From the NCBI GenBank assembly GCA_965223845.1, contig CBDCXR010000004.1:7424001-7488000 (forward strand): DNA of 64,000 nt, read 5' to 3'. The translations under genes were made by a program, and so were the position numbers. Each line of letters opens with the position of its first letter. Within the stretch, counting starts at the first letter, position 1. The notes under the pieces were generated by a model that was not told the DNA's origin, did not search any database, and saw only the letters and a list, made by a program, of their open reading frames with translations. Shown piece by piece: positions 35,725 through 46,149 of the stretch. The stretch is from Planctomycetota bacterium. Lineage in GTDB: Bacteria; Planctomycetota; UBA8108; SXIK01.

Positions 35725-38700
35725 CTAGGGGTGGGGTCCGAGGAGATCTGCGCCGAGCGTGCCGTCGAGCGAAGTTAGGTACTCGGGACTGCTCACGCGC
35801 GTGAGCTCGCGGCGCGCCAGCGCGAGGCGTTCGTCGATGTCGACACCGACGGGTCGCTCTTCTTCTCGCATCCCCGCCTCGCCTTCGAACCGTTCCAATC
35901 GATGGACGTGACGCGTCCAAAGATCGATGTCACGCGCCTGCTTCGTTTCGAGCCGGCGGCGGTACCAGTCGCTCTCCTTCAGTGCCGAGAGGGTAAACAG
36001 CGCACGGATTTCGGGATGGCGGACGTCGCGTCCGTTCGAATCGCCGTGGGCCATGATCTCGAGAAGCGCGCGGAGCGGAGGACAAGCGTCGTCCACCGTT
36101 CCATCGTCGAAGTGCCGCTGCGCGACTCGCTGATGGGCTTCGGCGATGTGGAGGACGCCGTCGGCGTAGTCTTCTTCGTTCTGGAGCTCCGGGCGGAGAA
36201 TCGAGTCGTCGAAAACTCGACTCGGGTGATCGAAGACGCGACCGAGGTACGCGCGCACGAACCGCGAAGTGATTCGGTAGCCCAGGCGACTCGCCGGGAT
36301 GGTTCGTCCATTCTTATCGGTGATATCGGGAACGGGCGCGAGGTACTCGTTCTCGATGAGATTCGCGGGATCGCGCTCCTCGGGACTGAGTCGACACCAC
36401 AGCTCGGGGATGAGGAAGCTGACGTCGTGACCGAACGGGACGTTCCCGACGTAGCCCGCCGGAGTCGAGAATCCGTGGAGTCCGGTGAGGAGGTAGCTCA
36501 CGAGCGCGTTGTTGAGATCCGCCATCGGCCGGAGCGCGTTGAAGGGCCCCTTCGTCAGCGCCCCTTCGCTTCCCGCTCCCGTCGTGGAAGGGCTCTTTCC
36601 CGTGAGGCTCGCGATGAAGTCCATGAAGAGCTCGGGCAGCTCTTGGTAGTGGAGCGGGTTGTAGACGGAGAGACCGCGGATTCCGTTCTCTCGATCCGGT
36701 GCATTGTTCCGCCGCCCGAAGAGAACGGCGTTCACCGGCGTCGGTACGGACCGGTCGCCCGGGGCGGCGCGCCGCAGTTGTTGACCGAACTCCGCGACGT
36801 AGCGCGGGAAGGAGTCGGCGAGGTCCGGGCGGAGCTGGAGGTAGCGCGGGTTCTTCGATCGCTTGCCGTTGATGACCCGCGGGTTTGCGGAGCAGACGAC
36901 GAACGCCGATCGGTCGTCCACCGCCCCGCGAAGGAACTCCCGCATCGGCGGCGTAAACTGCTCGAGATCGACGACTCGCTCGACCATCCGCTCGATGTCC
37001 TCGAGCGGAAGCGGCTGAAAGTTCGAGAGAAAGTTATCCCGGGCGGTCAGGTCCCGCTCGGTTTGTTTGTCGAGGCCCCGATGAATCGCGTCGTCCGGGC
37101 GCTGAAACAATCGGCGCTCGCAATTCGTAAGGAGCTTGACGGAATCCGCCGACGCGGCCTCGCCGAGGTGGGAGAGTGCGGAGGCCGGAACGACGACGCT
37201 CGCGGTGATGTCGTCCTCGAGTTGGATCTTCGCCGCCGGGAGGAAGTCCTGCCTCAACTTGAAGGTGCGCCAGGCCGTGCTCGCCGACGAGCCGACGCGG
37301 AGGTACGACCCCACGAGCTTACGCGAGCCGAACTTGAGCTCGTGGCCGGGTGCGCCGTTCACCTCGTCGACGCTGAAACGATCCCGCCAGTCTCCCTCCC
37401 AACTCTCGTGATAGAAGCGCTTGATGATGAAGGCGAGCGCAAAGACGTGATCGGGGATCGTGCCGAGCCAATCGTTGTACGCCTGGTTGAAGTCTTTCGG
37501 CGACGGCGTGAGCATCTTGATCACGCTTCCTAGCGAACGCTCGGGATCGAGAAACGATCGACTCTTTACCGGCGTCTCGCCGTCGTAGTCAGCCCAGCGG
37601 TCGCCGTAGTTCCGCGCGATGATGTTTTCGAGAGCCGCGAAGTCCTCGTCCTGATCGGCGACGAAGATCGGACCGTAGAGCAAATAGCCGTCGAGCGCTT
37701 TGCTGATCTCGCTCTTCCCGCCGCCGCTCACCGTGCACGGCTTGTGGCAGAAAACTCCGTCGCCGACCGTACCGACAAGGCGCCAGCTCGGCGCGCCGGG
37801 ATGGCGCTCGATGTGGACCTTGTACCCCGACGGTGTCATGTAGACACGATCGGCGAGGAGCGGAAGTGAGCGCGGCTTCCCGTCTTTCTTCCACGTGACC
37901 GTCTGTCGGGGGAGGTCGAACACCGCGCGCTCGTTCACGAATACGAGCCGGTGATACTCGCGATCCACCGCGTAGCCGTCCTCGTGAACATCGATTCGAT
38001 CTGCGTAGTCCCTCGCGACGTCCTCGAATCCCCGCGAGTTGTACTTTCGGCTGTTGGCCTGGAATCGGTCGCCGAGGTTGTAGCTCGGAAAGACGAGGGC
38101 TCCACCCGCATGCTCCTCCTCGACGTTCCCGTAGAGATTGGCGGCGAAGTTGAGCTGTGTTTTGACTTCTTTCTTGCAGTAGCCGAAGTAGTTGTCGGAG
38201 ATCAGCGTCACCATCACGCCGTCCGACGTTCGGTAGGTGAGCTTGAACGGAACGCCGTCGTTGTAGCACTCGTCGTCGGTCTTCCAGCACATCCCGTCGC
38301 GGCGCTGGCTCTCGCTCGCGTCGTCCCAGTGCGGGAGTCCGACATCTCTCTTCCTCAGCGTCACGAGGTGGGGCGCGAGAATCACACATCCCGTGTGTCC
38401 GGTCCAGTGCTCGACGTCGAGTCCGGCATCGTTTTCGGGCAGGTACGGATCGCCGCCGTTGCCGAAGATGGACTCCACGAAGTCGAGGTTGCTGACGAGG
38501 GATGCGGGCGCGAAGAACCGCGTCTCCATCGTCTTTCTCGGCGTGAACCCGGGTACCTCGGGACACACGATCGGCCGGAGGAGGAGTGAGACGAAAACGC
38601 GCACGGGCGAGTCGCGTTCGCAGGTGAACGGCAGATCGAGAGCCTCCCCCGGCGGATGCGTGGCGTGATGAAAGAGCCGCGCGAACGTGATGGGCGGCAC

Positions 38701-39210
38701 GGTCTTCTTCGACGCCGGAATCGGAAGCTGTCCCGGCGCGTCCGGTCCTCCCGCGGCAACGTGAAACGTCCCCGCGGTCGTGCGTCGATCGTGAAGCGGG
38801 TTGTGGAGGACCCCGTTGCGAACGCGATGGGAGCTTAGAATCGCGCTCTTAAACTCGTCACCGTGTTCGGGAAGAGAAAGCTCGCGCGCCATCCCGGGGC
38901 GGTCTAGGATCAGAGTCTCCGACGGCGCGGGGACGCGGAGCGAGTCGCCGATCTCGGCCGAGCCGAAATGCACGCCGAGGAACTCTTCGATGCGCTCGTC
39001 GACGGGAGAGCGCTGCTCGCGGAGGAGTCGAGCCTGCTCGCGGTAGCGGGAGAGAAATCGCGCGGCGACGGGGTCGAGCTCGCTGGCACGGGGGGCGAGC
39101 TCCGGCCGGAGCGCGGCGAGTCGGAGCCAGATGTAGCGGCGGAGCTCATCGCGGTTCGCGGACGCGAGAGTGTCATGGGAGCGATCGGTCGCGGTGAGTT
39201 CGCGATTCAT
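35725..39210 (-). CDS. PPi-dependent phosphoenolpyruvate carboxykinase (1161 aa)
   Basis: NGVLHNP..DRRTT, NLDFVESIFGNGGDP, NYFGYCKKEVKTQ, EEEHAGG, CHKPCTVSGGGKSEISK, GKSPSTTGAGSEGALTK; size matches the PPi-PEPCK family. Confidence 0.85.
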   Translation of the reverse strand: MNRELTATDRSHDTLASANRDELRRYIWLRLAALRPELAPRASELDPVAARFLSRYREQARLLREQRSPVDERIEEFLGVHFGSAEIGDSLRVPAPSETLILDRPGMARELSLPEHGDEFKSAILSSHRVRNGVLHNPLHDRRTTAGTFHVAAGGPDAPGQLPIPASKKTVPPITFARLFHHATHPPGEALDLPFTCERDSPVRVFVSLLLRPIVCPEVPGFTPRKTMETRFFAPASLVSNLDFVESIFGNGGDPYLPENDAGLDVEHWTGHTGCVILAPHLVTLRKRDVGLPHWDDASESQRRDGMCWKTDDECYNDGVPFKLTYRTSDGVMVTLISDNYFGYCKKEVKTQLNFAANLYGNVEEEHAGGALVFPSYNLGDRFQANSRKYNSRGFEDVARDYADRIDVHEDGYAVDREYHRLVFVNERAVFDLPRQTVTWKKDGKPRSLPLLADRVYMTPSGYKVHIERHPGAPSWRLVGTVGDGVFCHKPCTVSGGGKSEISKALDGYLLYGPIFVADQDEDFAALENIIARNYGDRWADYDGETPVKSRSFLDPERSLGSVIKMLTPSPKDFNQAYNDWLGTIPDHVFALAFIIKRFYHESWEGDWRDRFSVDEVNGAPGHELKFGSRKLVGSYLRVGSSASTAWRTFKLRQDFLPAAKIQLEDDITASVVVPASALSHLGEAASADSVKLLTNCERRLFQRPDDAIHRGLDKQTERDLTARDNFLSNFQPLPLEDIERMVERVVDLEQFTPPMREFLRGAVDDRSAFVVCSANPRVINGKRSKNPRYLQLRPDLADSFPRYVAEFGQQLRRAAPGDRSVPTPVNAVLFGRRNNAPDRENGIRGLSVYNPLHYQELPELFMDFIASLTGKSPSTTGAGSEGALTKGPFNALRPMADLNNALVSYLLTGLHGFSTPAGYVGNVPFGHDVSFLIPELWCRLSPEERDPANLIENEYLAPVPDITDKNGRTIPASRLGYRITSRFVRAYLGRVFDHPSRVFDDSILRPELQNEEDYADGVLHIAEAHQRVAQRHFDDGTVDDACPPLRALLEIMAHGDSNGRDVRHPEIRALFTLSALKESDWYRRRLETKQARDIDLWTRHVHRLERFEGEAGMREEERPVGVDIDERLALARRELTRVSSPEYLTSLDGTLGADLLGPHP

Positions 39211-39296
39211 GCGGGGTTCCTCGAAGGCGGTCGGGAAAAGCGGGCCGCCAGATTCTCGCGAACCCGACTCCGCCGCGCAACCGGTAGAGGACTCCG

Positions 39297-41519
39297 CTAC
39301 AGCATCGAGTGCGGGTCGACGTCGATGATGCGCTCGACCGAAGATCGGCGCGAACTTCGCCGAAACCGCGCGAGGAGCTCCTGCGTCGCCCGCCTCGACC
39401 CCGACTTGATCAGCACTTGGCGGCGGTGGCGCTTTTGCACTCGGGCGATCGGGGCGGGCACCGGGCCGAGGATCGCGCAGCCGAGCGGATCCGCGCGTAA
39501 CTCCTCGGCGGTTCGCCGTGCCTCGGCTTCGACCTTTTCGCGCTGCTCCCCCTGAAGGAGCACGCGTGCGAGATAGCCGAACGGCGGGTACTCGAATTGG
39601 CGGCGCTCCTCGAGCTCGCGGCGGTAGAACTCTTCGTCCTCTCCTCGCACTGCGGCGCGGATCGCGTAGTGCTCGGGGTGGAACGTCTGCACGACGACGC
39701 GCCCGGCTTTCTCGCCGCGCCCGGCGCGTCCTGCAACCTGCGTGATGAGCTGGAACGAACGTTCGGCCGCGCGAAAGTCGGGAAAGTGAAGCCCGGTGTC
39801 CGCGTTGATGATCCCGACGAGCGAAACGCCGGGAAAATCGTGGCCCTTCGCGACCATCTGCGTGCCGACGAGTATGTCAAACTCGCCCCGTGCGAAGGCG
39901 GCGATGGTCTCCTCCATCGCGAGGTGGCTCGCGATCGCGTCGCGGTCGAGGCGAGCGATCCGAGTCGTGTCGTAGCGACGCTCGAGCTCGGCGACCACCT
40001 TTTCTGTTCCGACACCCGAACGACGGACTCCCGGCATCTTGCAGTCGGGGCAGGCCGATTCGAGATCACGCGAGCGCCCGCAGTAGTGGCAGCGGAGTCG
40101 TCCCTCGCGGCGGTGAAACGTGAGCGATATGTCGCAGTCTTCGCACCGGGCGACGTAGCCGCAGCGCGGGCAGTGGATATACGTCGAGAATCCGCGGCGG
40201 TTGAGAAAGAGGAGGATCTGCTCGCGCCGGCGCAGTCGCTCGCGGATGAGTCGATCGAGCGCGTCTCCGATCAACCCCGTCCCGTTCGGTCGGTAGAAGT
40301 CTTCGTCGAGGGTCGCCGAGCTGATCACGGGAAGCGCGTGGGAGGTGACTCGCTCCGGCATCTTGAGGTGATGGTAGCGGCCGGTCATCGCGTTGTGCAT
40401 CGATTCGAGCGACGGAGTCGCCGAGCCGAGGACGACCGGAATGCCGAGCATGCTCGCGCGAACGACCGCCGCATCGCGTGCGTGGTAGCGCGGCGATGAT
40501 TCCTGCTTGTAGCTCGGCTCGTGCTCCTCGTCGACGACGATCAGTCCGAGGTCCGGAATCGGAGCGAATACGGCCGAGCGCGCGCCGATGACGAGGCGCG
40601 CGCGTCCCGCCTGGATCTCGTGCCAAAAGCGCGTTCGCTCACCGCCCGTCAGCATCGAATGGAGGACCGCGACTTCGTACTCGGGGAGGCCCTGTCGAAA
40701 TCGCTGCACGGTTTGCGGCGTGAGAGAAATCTCGGGAAGGAGGACGAGTCCGCGCCGACCGCCTTCGAGAACGTGCCGGAGTGCGCGCAAATAGACCTCG
40801 GTCTTGCCGCTCCCCGTCACGCCGTGAAGAAGAAAGGGCGCGAAGCGTTGCTCGTCGGCGGCGGCGTCGACCTCGGCGAGAGCGGCAGCCTGCTGCGTGT
40901 GGAGCTCTCCCGTCGATCGACTCTCGAGTGCGGCGAGATCGACCTCGACGCGGAGCGGCTCGACCGCGCGCTTCTCCTCCGTCGCCCAGCCGTTGTCGAC
41001 GAGCCATCGCACCGCCCCGGACTGCGCTTCGGCGCGTCCGAGGAGATCCTTGCGCGGAATCGGTCCGGAGACGGCGCTCAGCGCGCGGAGGAGCCGCGCG
41101 CGCGCCGGTGCCGTGCGCTCCCAGCGCTCGGCTTCGCTCGCGAGCTGCTCGGGGCGACGGGCGCGAGCGATCCACGTGACTTCGCGCGCCGATCGAGCGG
41201 CGCGGATCGACGGCGGCAAGGCCGCTTCGAGCACTTCGCCCCAACCGACCTGGTAGTACTCGGCGATCCAGCGAGTGAACTCGAGGAGGTGGTCGTCGAA
41301 GCGACACTCGGGGTGGAGAATCTTCCTGAGCGGCTTCAGTCGCTCGACCTCGGCCGATTCGGGAAAATCGACGCAGACCCCCGTGGTCGTTCTCCGGCCG
41401 AATGGGATCAGCACTCGGTGTCCACGTTCGAGCCGGCCGTCGAGATCGGCCGGCACCTCGTAGTGAAAGAGCTGCTGAAGGGGGACGTTCACCGCAACGG
41501 CGGCGATCGGTCGGACCAT
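39297..41519 (-). CDS. priA: Primosomal protein N' (replication restart helicase)
   Basis: GVTGSGKTEVY, PEISLTPQ, DEEHE, four CxxC pairs, GTQMVAKG, QVAGRAGR, IDVDP. Confidence 0.97.
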   Translation of the reverse strand: MVRPIAAVAVNVPLQQLFHYEVPADLDGRLERGHRVLIPFGRRTTTGVCVDFPESAEVERLKPLRKILHPECRFDDHLLEFTRWIAEYYQVGWGEVLEAALPPSIRAARSAREVTWIARARRPEQLASEAERWERTAPARARLLRALSAVSGPIPRKDLLGRAEAQSGAVRWLVDNGWATEEKRAVEPLRVEVDLAALESRSTGELHTQQAAALAEVDAAADEQRFAPFLLHGVTGSGKTEVYLRALRHVLEGGRRGLVLLPEISLTPQTVQRFRQGLPEYEVAVLHSMLTGGERTRFWHEIQAGRARLVIGARSAVFAPIPDLGLIVVDEEHEPSYKQESSPRYHARDAAVVRASMLGIPVVLGSATPSLESMHNAMTGRYHHLKMPERVTSHALPVISSATLDEDFYRPNGTGLIGDALDRLIRERLRRREQILLFLNRRGFSTYIHCPRCGYVARCEDCDISLTFHRREGRLRCHYCGRSRDLESACPDCKMPGVRRSGVGTEKVVAELERRYDTTRIARLDRDAIASHLAMEETIAAFARGEFDILVGTQMVAKGHDFPGVSLVGIINADTGLHFPDFRAAERSFQLITQVAGRAGRGEKAGRVVVQTFHPEHYAIRAAVRGEDEEFYRRELEERRQFEYPPFGYLARVLLQGEQREKVEAEARRTAEELRADPLGCAILGPVPAPIARVQKRHRRQVLIKSGSRRATQELLARFRRSSRRSSVERIIDVDPHSML

Positions 41520-41613
41520 ACGCGGCCGCTCGGTGGCTCGGGGACGCAGGCGGGACGGAGATTCGGTCTTCTCGAAACGGTTCCACGACGTCGTGTCGGC
41601 GCGAATCGGCCGC

Positions 41614-42738
41614 TTACGATGTCAGGAGATTCTCATACAGCGTTTCGTACTGAGAGACAATGCGCTTCTCGCTGTACTCCTCCTCGGCGCGCTTCCTCCC
41701 CGCTCGTCCCATCTCGCGGTGCCGCTCCTCGCTCTGAAGAAGCTCGACCGCGGCGGCGGCCATGCACGCGTAGTCGCCGACGTCGCAGAGGATCCCGGTC
41801 GCGCCGTTTGTGACGACCTCCGGGATCCCGCCGGTGTTCGTCGCGATGACGGGAACGCCGCAGGCCATCGCCTCGAGCGCCGCGAGGCCGAAGCTCTCGT
41901 ACTCGCTCGGAAGCAGAAAAAGATCGAGCTGTGCGAGCACCGATCCCGCGTCCGGTACCGCGCCGAGAAAGTGCACGCAGTCGTCGATCCCGAGCTCGGC
42001 GGCGAGATGCCGCGCCGGCTCAATCTCTGCGCCTTCGCCGACGAGAAGAAGCTGCGAGGGAATCCGCTTCTGAATGAGATGGAACGTGCGGACGACGTCG
42101 CCGATGCGCTTGACCGAACGAAAGTTCGACATGTGCCCGATGAGCCGATCCCCTTCGCGCGAGTACTTCTCCCGGTAGTTCTCCGATCGACGCGAAGGAT
42201 GAAACTTCTCCAGGTGGACGAAGTTGCCGATCTGCTGGATCGCCCGCCGCGGGCGAAACCGCGCCACGGTCTCGTCGGCGAGTGAGTTCGACACCGCCGT
42301 CACCGCGTCGCTCTCGTTGATACCGAGGCGGGTCATTTCGAAGAACGAGCTGTCGATTCCGATCAGAGTGATATCGGTCCCGTGGAGCGTCGTCACGATG
42401 CGCGGAGCGGCGGTCCCCAGGAGCTGCTTCGCGAGGTGCGCGGAGATCGCGTGCGGAATCGCGTAGTGAACGTGCACGACGTCGAGGCGCTCGGTGCGGC
42501 AAATCTCATCGATTTTGCACGCGAGGGCGAGAGTGTACGGCGGGTACGTGAAGAGGGGATAGTTGGTGACGTCGACCTTGTGGAACCAGGTATTCGGATG
42601 AACGGGCGGGAGCCGGAACGGAAGCGCGTGGCTGATGAAGTGGACTTCGTGCTCGCGCGCAGCGAGAGCGATGCCGAGCTCCGTCGCGACGACGCCGCTC
42701 CCGCCGTAGGTTGGATGGCAAACGATTCCGATCTTCAT
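41614..42738 (-). CDS. bshA: N-acetyl-alpha-D-glucosaminyl L-malate synthase
   Basis: MKIGIVCHPTYGGSGVVATELG, HVHYAIPHA, TTLHGTDIT, HMSNFRSVKR, ESFGLAALEAM. Confidence 0.95.
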   Translation of the reverse strand: MKIGIVCHPTYGGSGVVATELGIALAAREHEVHFISHALPFRLPPVHPNTWFHKVDVTNYPLFTYPPYTLALACKIDEICRTERLDVVHVHYAIPHAISAHLAKQLLGTAAPRIVTTLHGTDITLIGIDSSFFEMTRLGINESDAVTAVSNSLADETVARFRPRRAIQQIGNFVHLEKFHPSRRSENYREKYSREGDRLIGHMSNFRSVKRIGDVVRTFHLIQKRIPSQLLLVGEGAEIEPARHLAAELGIDDCVHFLGAVPDAGSVLAQLDLFLLPSEYESFGLAALEAMACGVPVIATNTGGIPEVVTNGATGILCDVGDYACMAAAAVELLQSEERHREMGRAGRKRAEEEYSEKRIVSQYETLYENLLTS

Positions 42739-43490
42739 CGCCCGCCGTCCTCCGCGCGCCACGGCTCGAGCGCGAATAACTGGCCGACGTCGCGGGTCGG
42801 GACGGGAGCCGGCGACGTAAACGCCTCGCCGTAGCGCACGCCGATCAGGCTGCCGAAGTGACGCAGTCGACCCTCGATCGCGCCGAGAAAATCGCGGTGA
42901 GCGATGCGCGTCGCCGGCTCGCTCGAGTCCTCGCGGTGGAGCTGCGAGGCAAAGCAGAGGAGCGCCTCCGTACGAGTCTCGTAGACGTCCGTGATGTCCT
43001 GGACGATGGTCGGAACGTCCGGCTGGCTCCCGACGTAGTGGAGGAGAGCGTGAGGGCGGTGAGGCTCACCCGCGCCCGGGTAGCGAACGATGCCCGCGAG
43101 ATAGAAACTGCGCGCGACGACCTCGCCGACCGCAGCGTGATCCGGGTGGTGATCGCGGATCGGCGGTGCGATGACGACGGCGGGACGGAGCGCGCGCAGC
43201 GCCTCGACGACGAGGCGGCGGGAGTCGTCGGTGTCGTGCAGATGGCCATCGGGGAGGCCGAGATTGACGCGGTCGCTGAGCCCGAGCACGCGCCCCGCCT
43301 TCGACGCTTCCTCCGCGCGGATCTCCGGCGTTCCGCGCGAGCCGAGCTCGCCGCGGGTGAATTCGACGATCGCCGCGCGGCGACCGGCGCGAACCGCGGC
43401 GGCGAGCGTTCCGCCGCAGTTGAGCTCGGCATCGTCTGGGTGCGCGACGAACGCGACGATGTCGCACGGAGTCGAGTCGGCGAACTTCAT
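42735..43490 (-). CDS. bshB1: Bacillithiol biosynthesis deacetylase
   Basis: AHPDDAEL, TRGELGSRGT, HPDH, GVRYGEAF; overlaps the bshA start. Confidence 0.92.
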   Translation of the reverse strand: MKFADSTPCDIVAFVAHPDDAELNCGGTLAAAVRAGRRAAIVEFTRGELGSRGTPEIRAEEASKAGRVLGLSDRVNLGLPDGHLHDTDDSRRLVVEALRALRPAVVIAPPIRDHHPDHAAVGEVVARSFYLAGIVRYPGAGEPHRPHALLHYVGSQPDVPTIVQDITDVYETRTEALLCFASQLHREDSSEPATRIAHRDFLGAIEGRLRHFGSLIGVRYGEAFTSPAPVPTRDVGQLFALEPWRAEDGGR

Positions 43491-43560
43491 ACGAGCGTAG
43501 GTATCAGCGGGCTAGGGGAAGGTGAACCGCGAGCGCGAGTGGCGTTCTCTTCGCGTTAGC

Positions 43561-45192
43561 TTATCTTTCCGCGCCGGGTTCGTCGGCCTCGAACCGAACG
43601 AACCAGTGGCGGACGGCGAGCGGCGATTCTACGAGTCGATCGAGCAATTCCTCGATCCATTCTCGCCCGTGCTTCGCCACGAAGTGGAGGAAGTTCCAGC
43701 GCCGTTCTTGAAGGACGCCGCCGGGAAACGTCGTTCGCCAGAGCTTCTCCGCCCGCGCGAGCTCGCTCTCTCGCCCCTTCGCCCACGCGCGCGCGTACTT
43801 TTCGCCGAAGGTTCGAATCTCCGCCGGAAGAGATGCGGATTTCGCACGGAGACGCCGCGCCTCGGGGAGCGCTTCCGGAAGCGTCGCGACGGCGCGATCG
43901 AGAGCCTCGCCGATCTCGCCGGCGAGCCGCACGATCTCCGCGCGCTCGGGGATCGACGCATCCGCGGTGAGAAGATCTTCCGGCGCCTCGGCGCGCGAGA
44001 GCACTTCGAGATCGATCGCCCTCGAGGTGCGTGCAGCGGCGCCGTCGAGGAGCGTCGCGCCGAGCCGGAGCGCGATGCGCGGCGTGTCGATGCCGAGGTG
44101 CTCGGCGAGCGGCGGGAGCTGCGTGAAGTAGCCGATCTCCGCTGGCCCTCCGACGGTGAGAACGCACGGCAGCGTAGCCTGCTGGACGAGAGGACGCAGG
44201 AGGGCGCCCGCGGAGAAGGCTTCGGGCTCGGACGCGAGTCGCTCGAGCAACTCGCGACCCGTCCGCTGGCCTTCGACGTCTAGTCCATCGATTCGGAATC
44301 CGTCCCCGGACGGCGAGAGATGATGGCGCGCTCCGTCCTCCACGACGAAGAGTGGAAACCGGCTCGAGACGATCGGGACGAGTCCGAGCTCTTCCGCTGA
44401 ACGCGCTCCGGCGACGACGGCGTTGAGTGTCGCGTCCGGCTCGCGGAGGACGCGTCCGACGACGGGTGCGGCCAGCGCGCGGAGCTGAACCGGATCGATG
44501 ACGAGAAGACCGGCGTCGCCGAGGAGCGAGCTGAGCACGGCGCCGAACCCGCCGGCGAGGCCTCGCGTCGCGTAGAGATCGACGAGCGCGCTCGCGTCGT
44601 CGCCGCAGCGTCGCTCTCGGAGCGCGTCCTTCACTCGTCCGAGCTCGCCGAGGGCGTCCGCCGTCATCGGATAGTCGGCGATCGGCCGGCGGTCGCTCGG
44701 CGTCGGAAACGAAAACACCGCTTCGCCGTCCGCGCCGCCCGGGAAGCGCGTCGTCCGGACCTCGTCCAAATCGTGATCGTCGCCCGCGACCCAGAACACC
44801 GGGACGCATGCGCGTCCGGTCGTCGTCGAGTACACGCGACTCGCGGCGATCGCGGTGAGTGCCTTGTAGAGCGAAAGGAGCGGCCCGCCCGCGAAACCCG
44901 GCTGCTGACCGGCGACGATCACTGCGGAGCCGGGGCGCGCGACGAGCTCGAGCGCAGAGTCCGTCGCCGCCGTTCGCGGCAAACTCCATGTCTCGTACGT
45001 GCGATCGAACGCGCCGCGGAGCGCGTCTCTTCCGGCGTCGGGCTCGTGCGGAGGGTCGTGCGGGACCGCGTGCGCACGCGGACAGCTCGGATCGAGGACG
45101 AACCAGCCTCCGCCTCGATCCGGTCGCCGCCGAGGACGGTAGCGCGGCGACTCGAACCAGTGGGGCGGAGTATTCGTGATCGAGAGTGTCAT
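43561..45192 (-). CDS. bshC: Bacillithiol biosynthesis cysteine-adding enzyme
   Basis: AGQQPGFAGGPL..YKA, PVFWVAGDDHDLDE, LLRPLVQ, GGPAEIGY, LQER. Confidence 0.9.
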   Translation of the reverse strand: MTLSITNTPPHWFESPRYRPRRRPDRGGGWFVLDPSCPRAHAVPHDPPHEPDAGRDALRGAFDRTYETWSLPRTAATDSALELVARPGSAVIVAGQQPGFAGGPLLSLYKALTAIAASRVYSTTTGRACVPVFWVAGDDHDLDEVRTTRFPGGADGEAVFSFPTPSDRRPIADYPMTADALGELGRVKDALRERRCGDDASALVDLYATRGLAGGFGAVLSSLLGDAGLLVIDPVQLRALAAPVVGRVLREPDATLNAVVAGARSAEELGLVPIVSSRFPLFVVEDGARHHLSPSGDGFRIDGLDVEGQRTGRELLERLASEPEAFSAGALLRPLVQQATLPCVLTVGGPAEIGYFTQLPPLAEHLGIDTPRIALRLGATLLDGAAARTSRAIDLEVLSRAEAPEDLLTADASIPERAEIVRLAGEIGEALDRAVATLPEALPEARRLRAKSASLPAEIRTFGEKYARAWAKGRESELARAEKLWRTTFPGGVLQERRWNFLHFVAKHGREWIEELLDRLVESPLAVRHWFVRFEADEPGAER

Positions 45193-45989
45193 CGGCGGTC
45201 GTTGTCCCGGTCGTATCGCCCGAGGACGATCATTCGCGGGCTCGTCGGCACGAACGGCTCGCCGGCGAAATCGCCGAGGAGGCGCGTGACCTCGAGAGAC
45301 GCGCGGCGGAGGATCGACGCGATCTCGTCCGGTGCGAAGAGTCGCACCGATTCCGTGTACGTCTGCGGCCTAGCGTCGGGTGGCTCGATCGTGACTCGCT
45401 TCTCCACGCGCCGCGTGGCGGGGGAGAAGGACCGCGTCTCGCGGATGAGCACGCCGTTTATTTTGCGCTCCGTTTCCGGCGCGAGCGTCGCGACGACGCG
45501 CGCCGCGTTCATGAGGTCGATGGCAAATCGTCCACCGGGCCTCAGAGCTCCGGCGAGCGCGCTCGCCGCGCGCACGTGATCGCCGTCGTCGACGAAGTAG
45601 CCAAAACTCGTGAAGAGGTTGAGGACGACGTCGAACGCGCGCCGAAACGGAAGTGCGCGCATGTCGCCGCGGACGACTCGCGGGCTCGTCGCATCGCCCT
45701 TCCGCGCCGCCGCGAGGAGGTCGCGAGAGAGGTCGAATCCGACCGCCGGGATGCTCCGGCGGGCGAGTGCGCGAAGATGTCGTCCGTCTCCGCAGCAGAG
45801 GTCGAGCACGCGGTCGCTCGGGCGCAGCTCGAGTTCGCGTACGAGGTGGGCGATCTCGGCGGCGGCGGCGCGATCGTCGCGCGCCGAGTAGACGAGGCGG
45901 TACGGTGAATCGAACGCGCGGCGGAACCAGTCCGTTGCCGCGGCGTCCGGGGGAGCGTCGGAGTTCGGGGGGCGCTGCTCAGTCGTCAT
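45189..45989 (-). CDS. Class I SAM-dependent methyltransferase; probable bacillithiol N-methyltransferase (NmbA-like)
   Basis: DWF..FDSPYRLVYSARD, VLDLCCGDGRH, GDMR, NLFTSFGYF, ESVRLF, SPRMI; ATGA-coupled to bshC. Confidence 0.8.
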   Translation of the reverse strand: MTTEQRPPNSDAPPDAAATDWFRRAFDSPYRLVYSARDDRAAAAEIAHLVRELELRPSDRVLDLCCGDGRHLRALARRSIPAVGFDLSRDLLAAARKGDATSPRVVRGDMRALPFRRAFDVVLNLFTSFGYFVDDGDHVRAASALAGALRPGGRFAIDLMNAARVVATLAPETERKINGVLIRETRSFSPATRRVEKRVTIEPPDARPQTYTESVRLFAPDEIASILRRASLEVTRLLGDFAGEPFVPTSPRMIVLGRYDRDNDRR

Positions 45990-46120
45990 CGAACGTCATC
46001 GAACCAGTTCGGCCGGAGCGACTCGCGAGTGTACCGCATCGCCCGCGCGAACCGACGTCGATCCCCGCGTTCGGCGCGTCCCGCCTCCGCGGACGCCGCC
46101 CGCGCGCGGTCGGATCGGCC

Positions 46121-46149
46121 TTGACGAGTTCGGCGCGGTTCGATAAACC
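46121..46149 (+). promoter_or_regulatory. Sigma70-type promoter
   Basis: TTGACG-N17-TAAACC. Confidence 0.45.

Noticed and set aside
45984-46003. Direct repeat GTCATCGAAC x2 at the methyltransferase start
   Set aside because: Only two 10-bp copies; likely a local duplication with no evidence of function.
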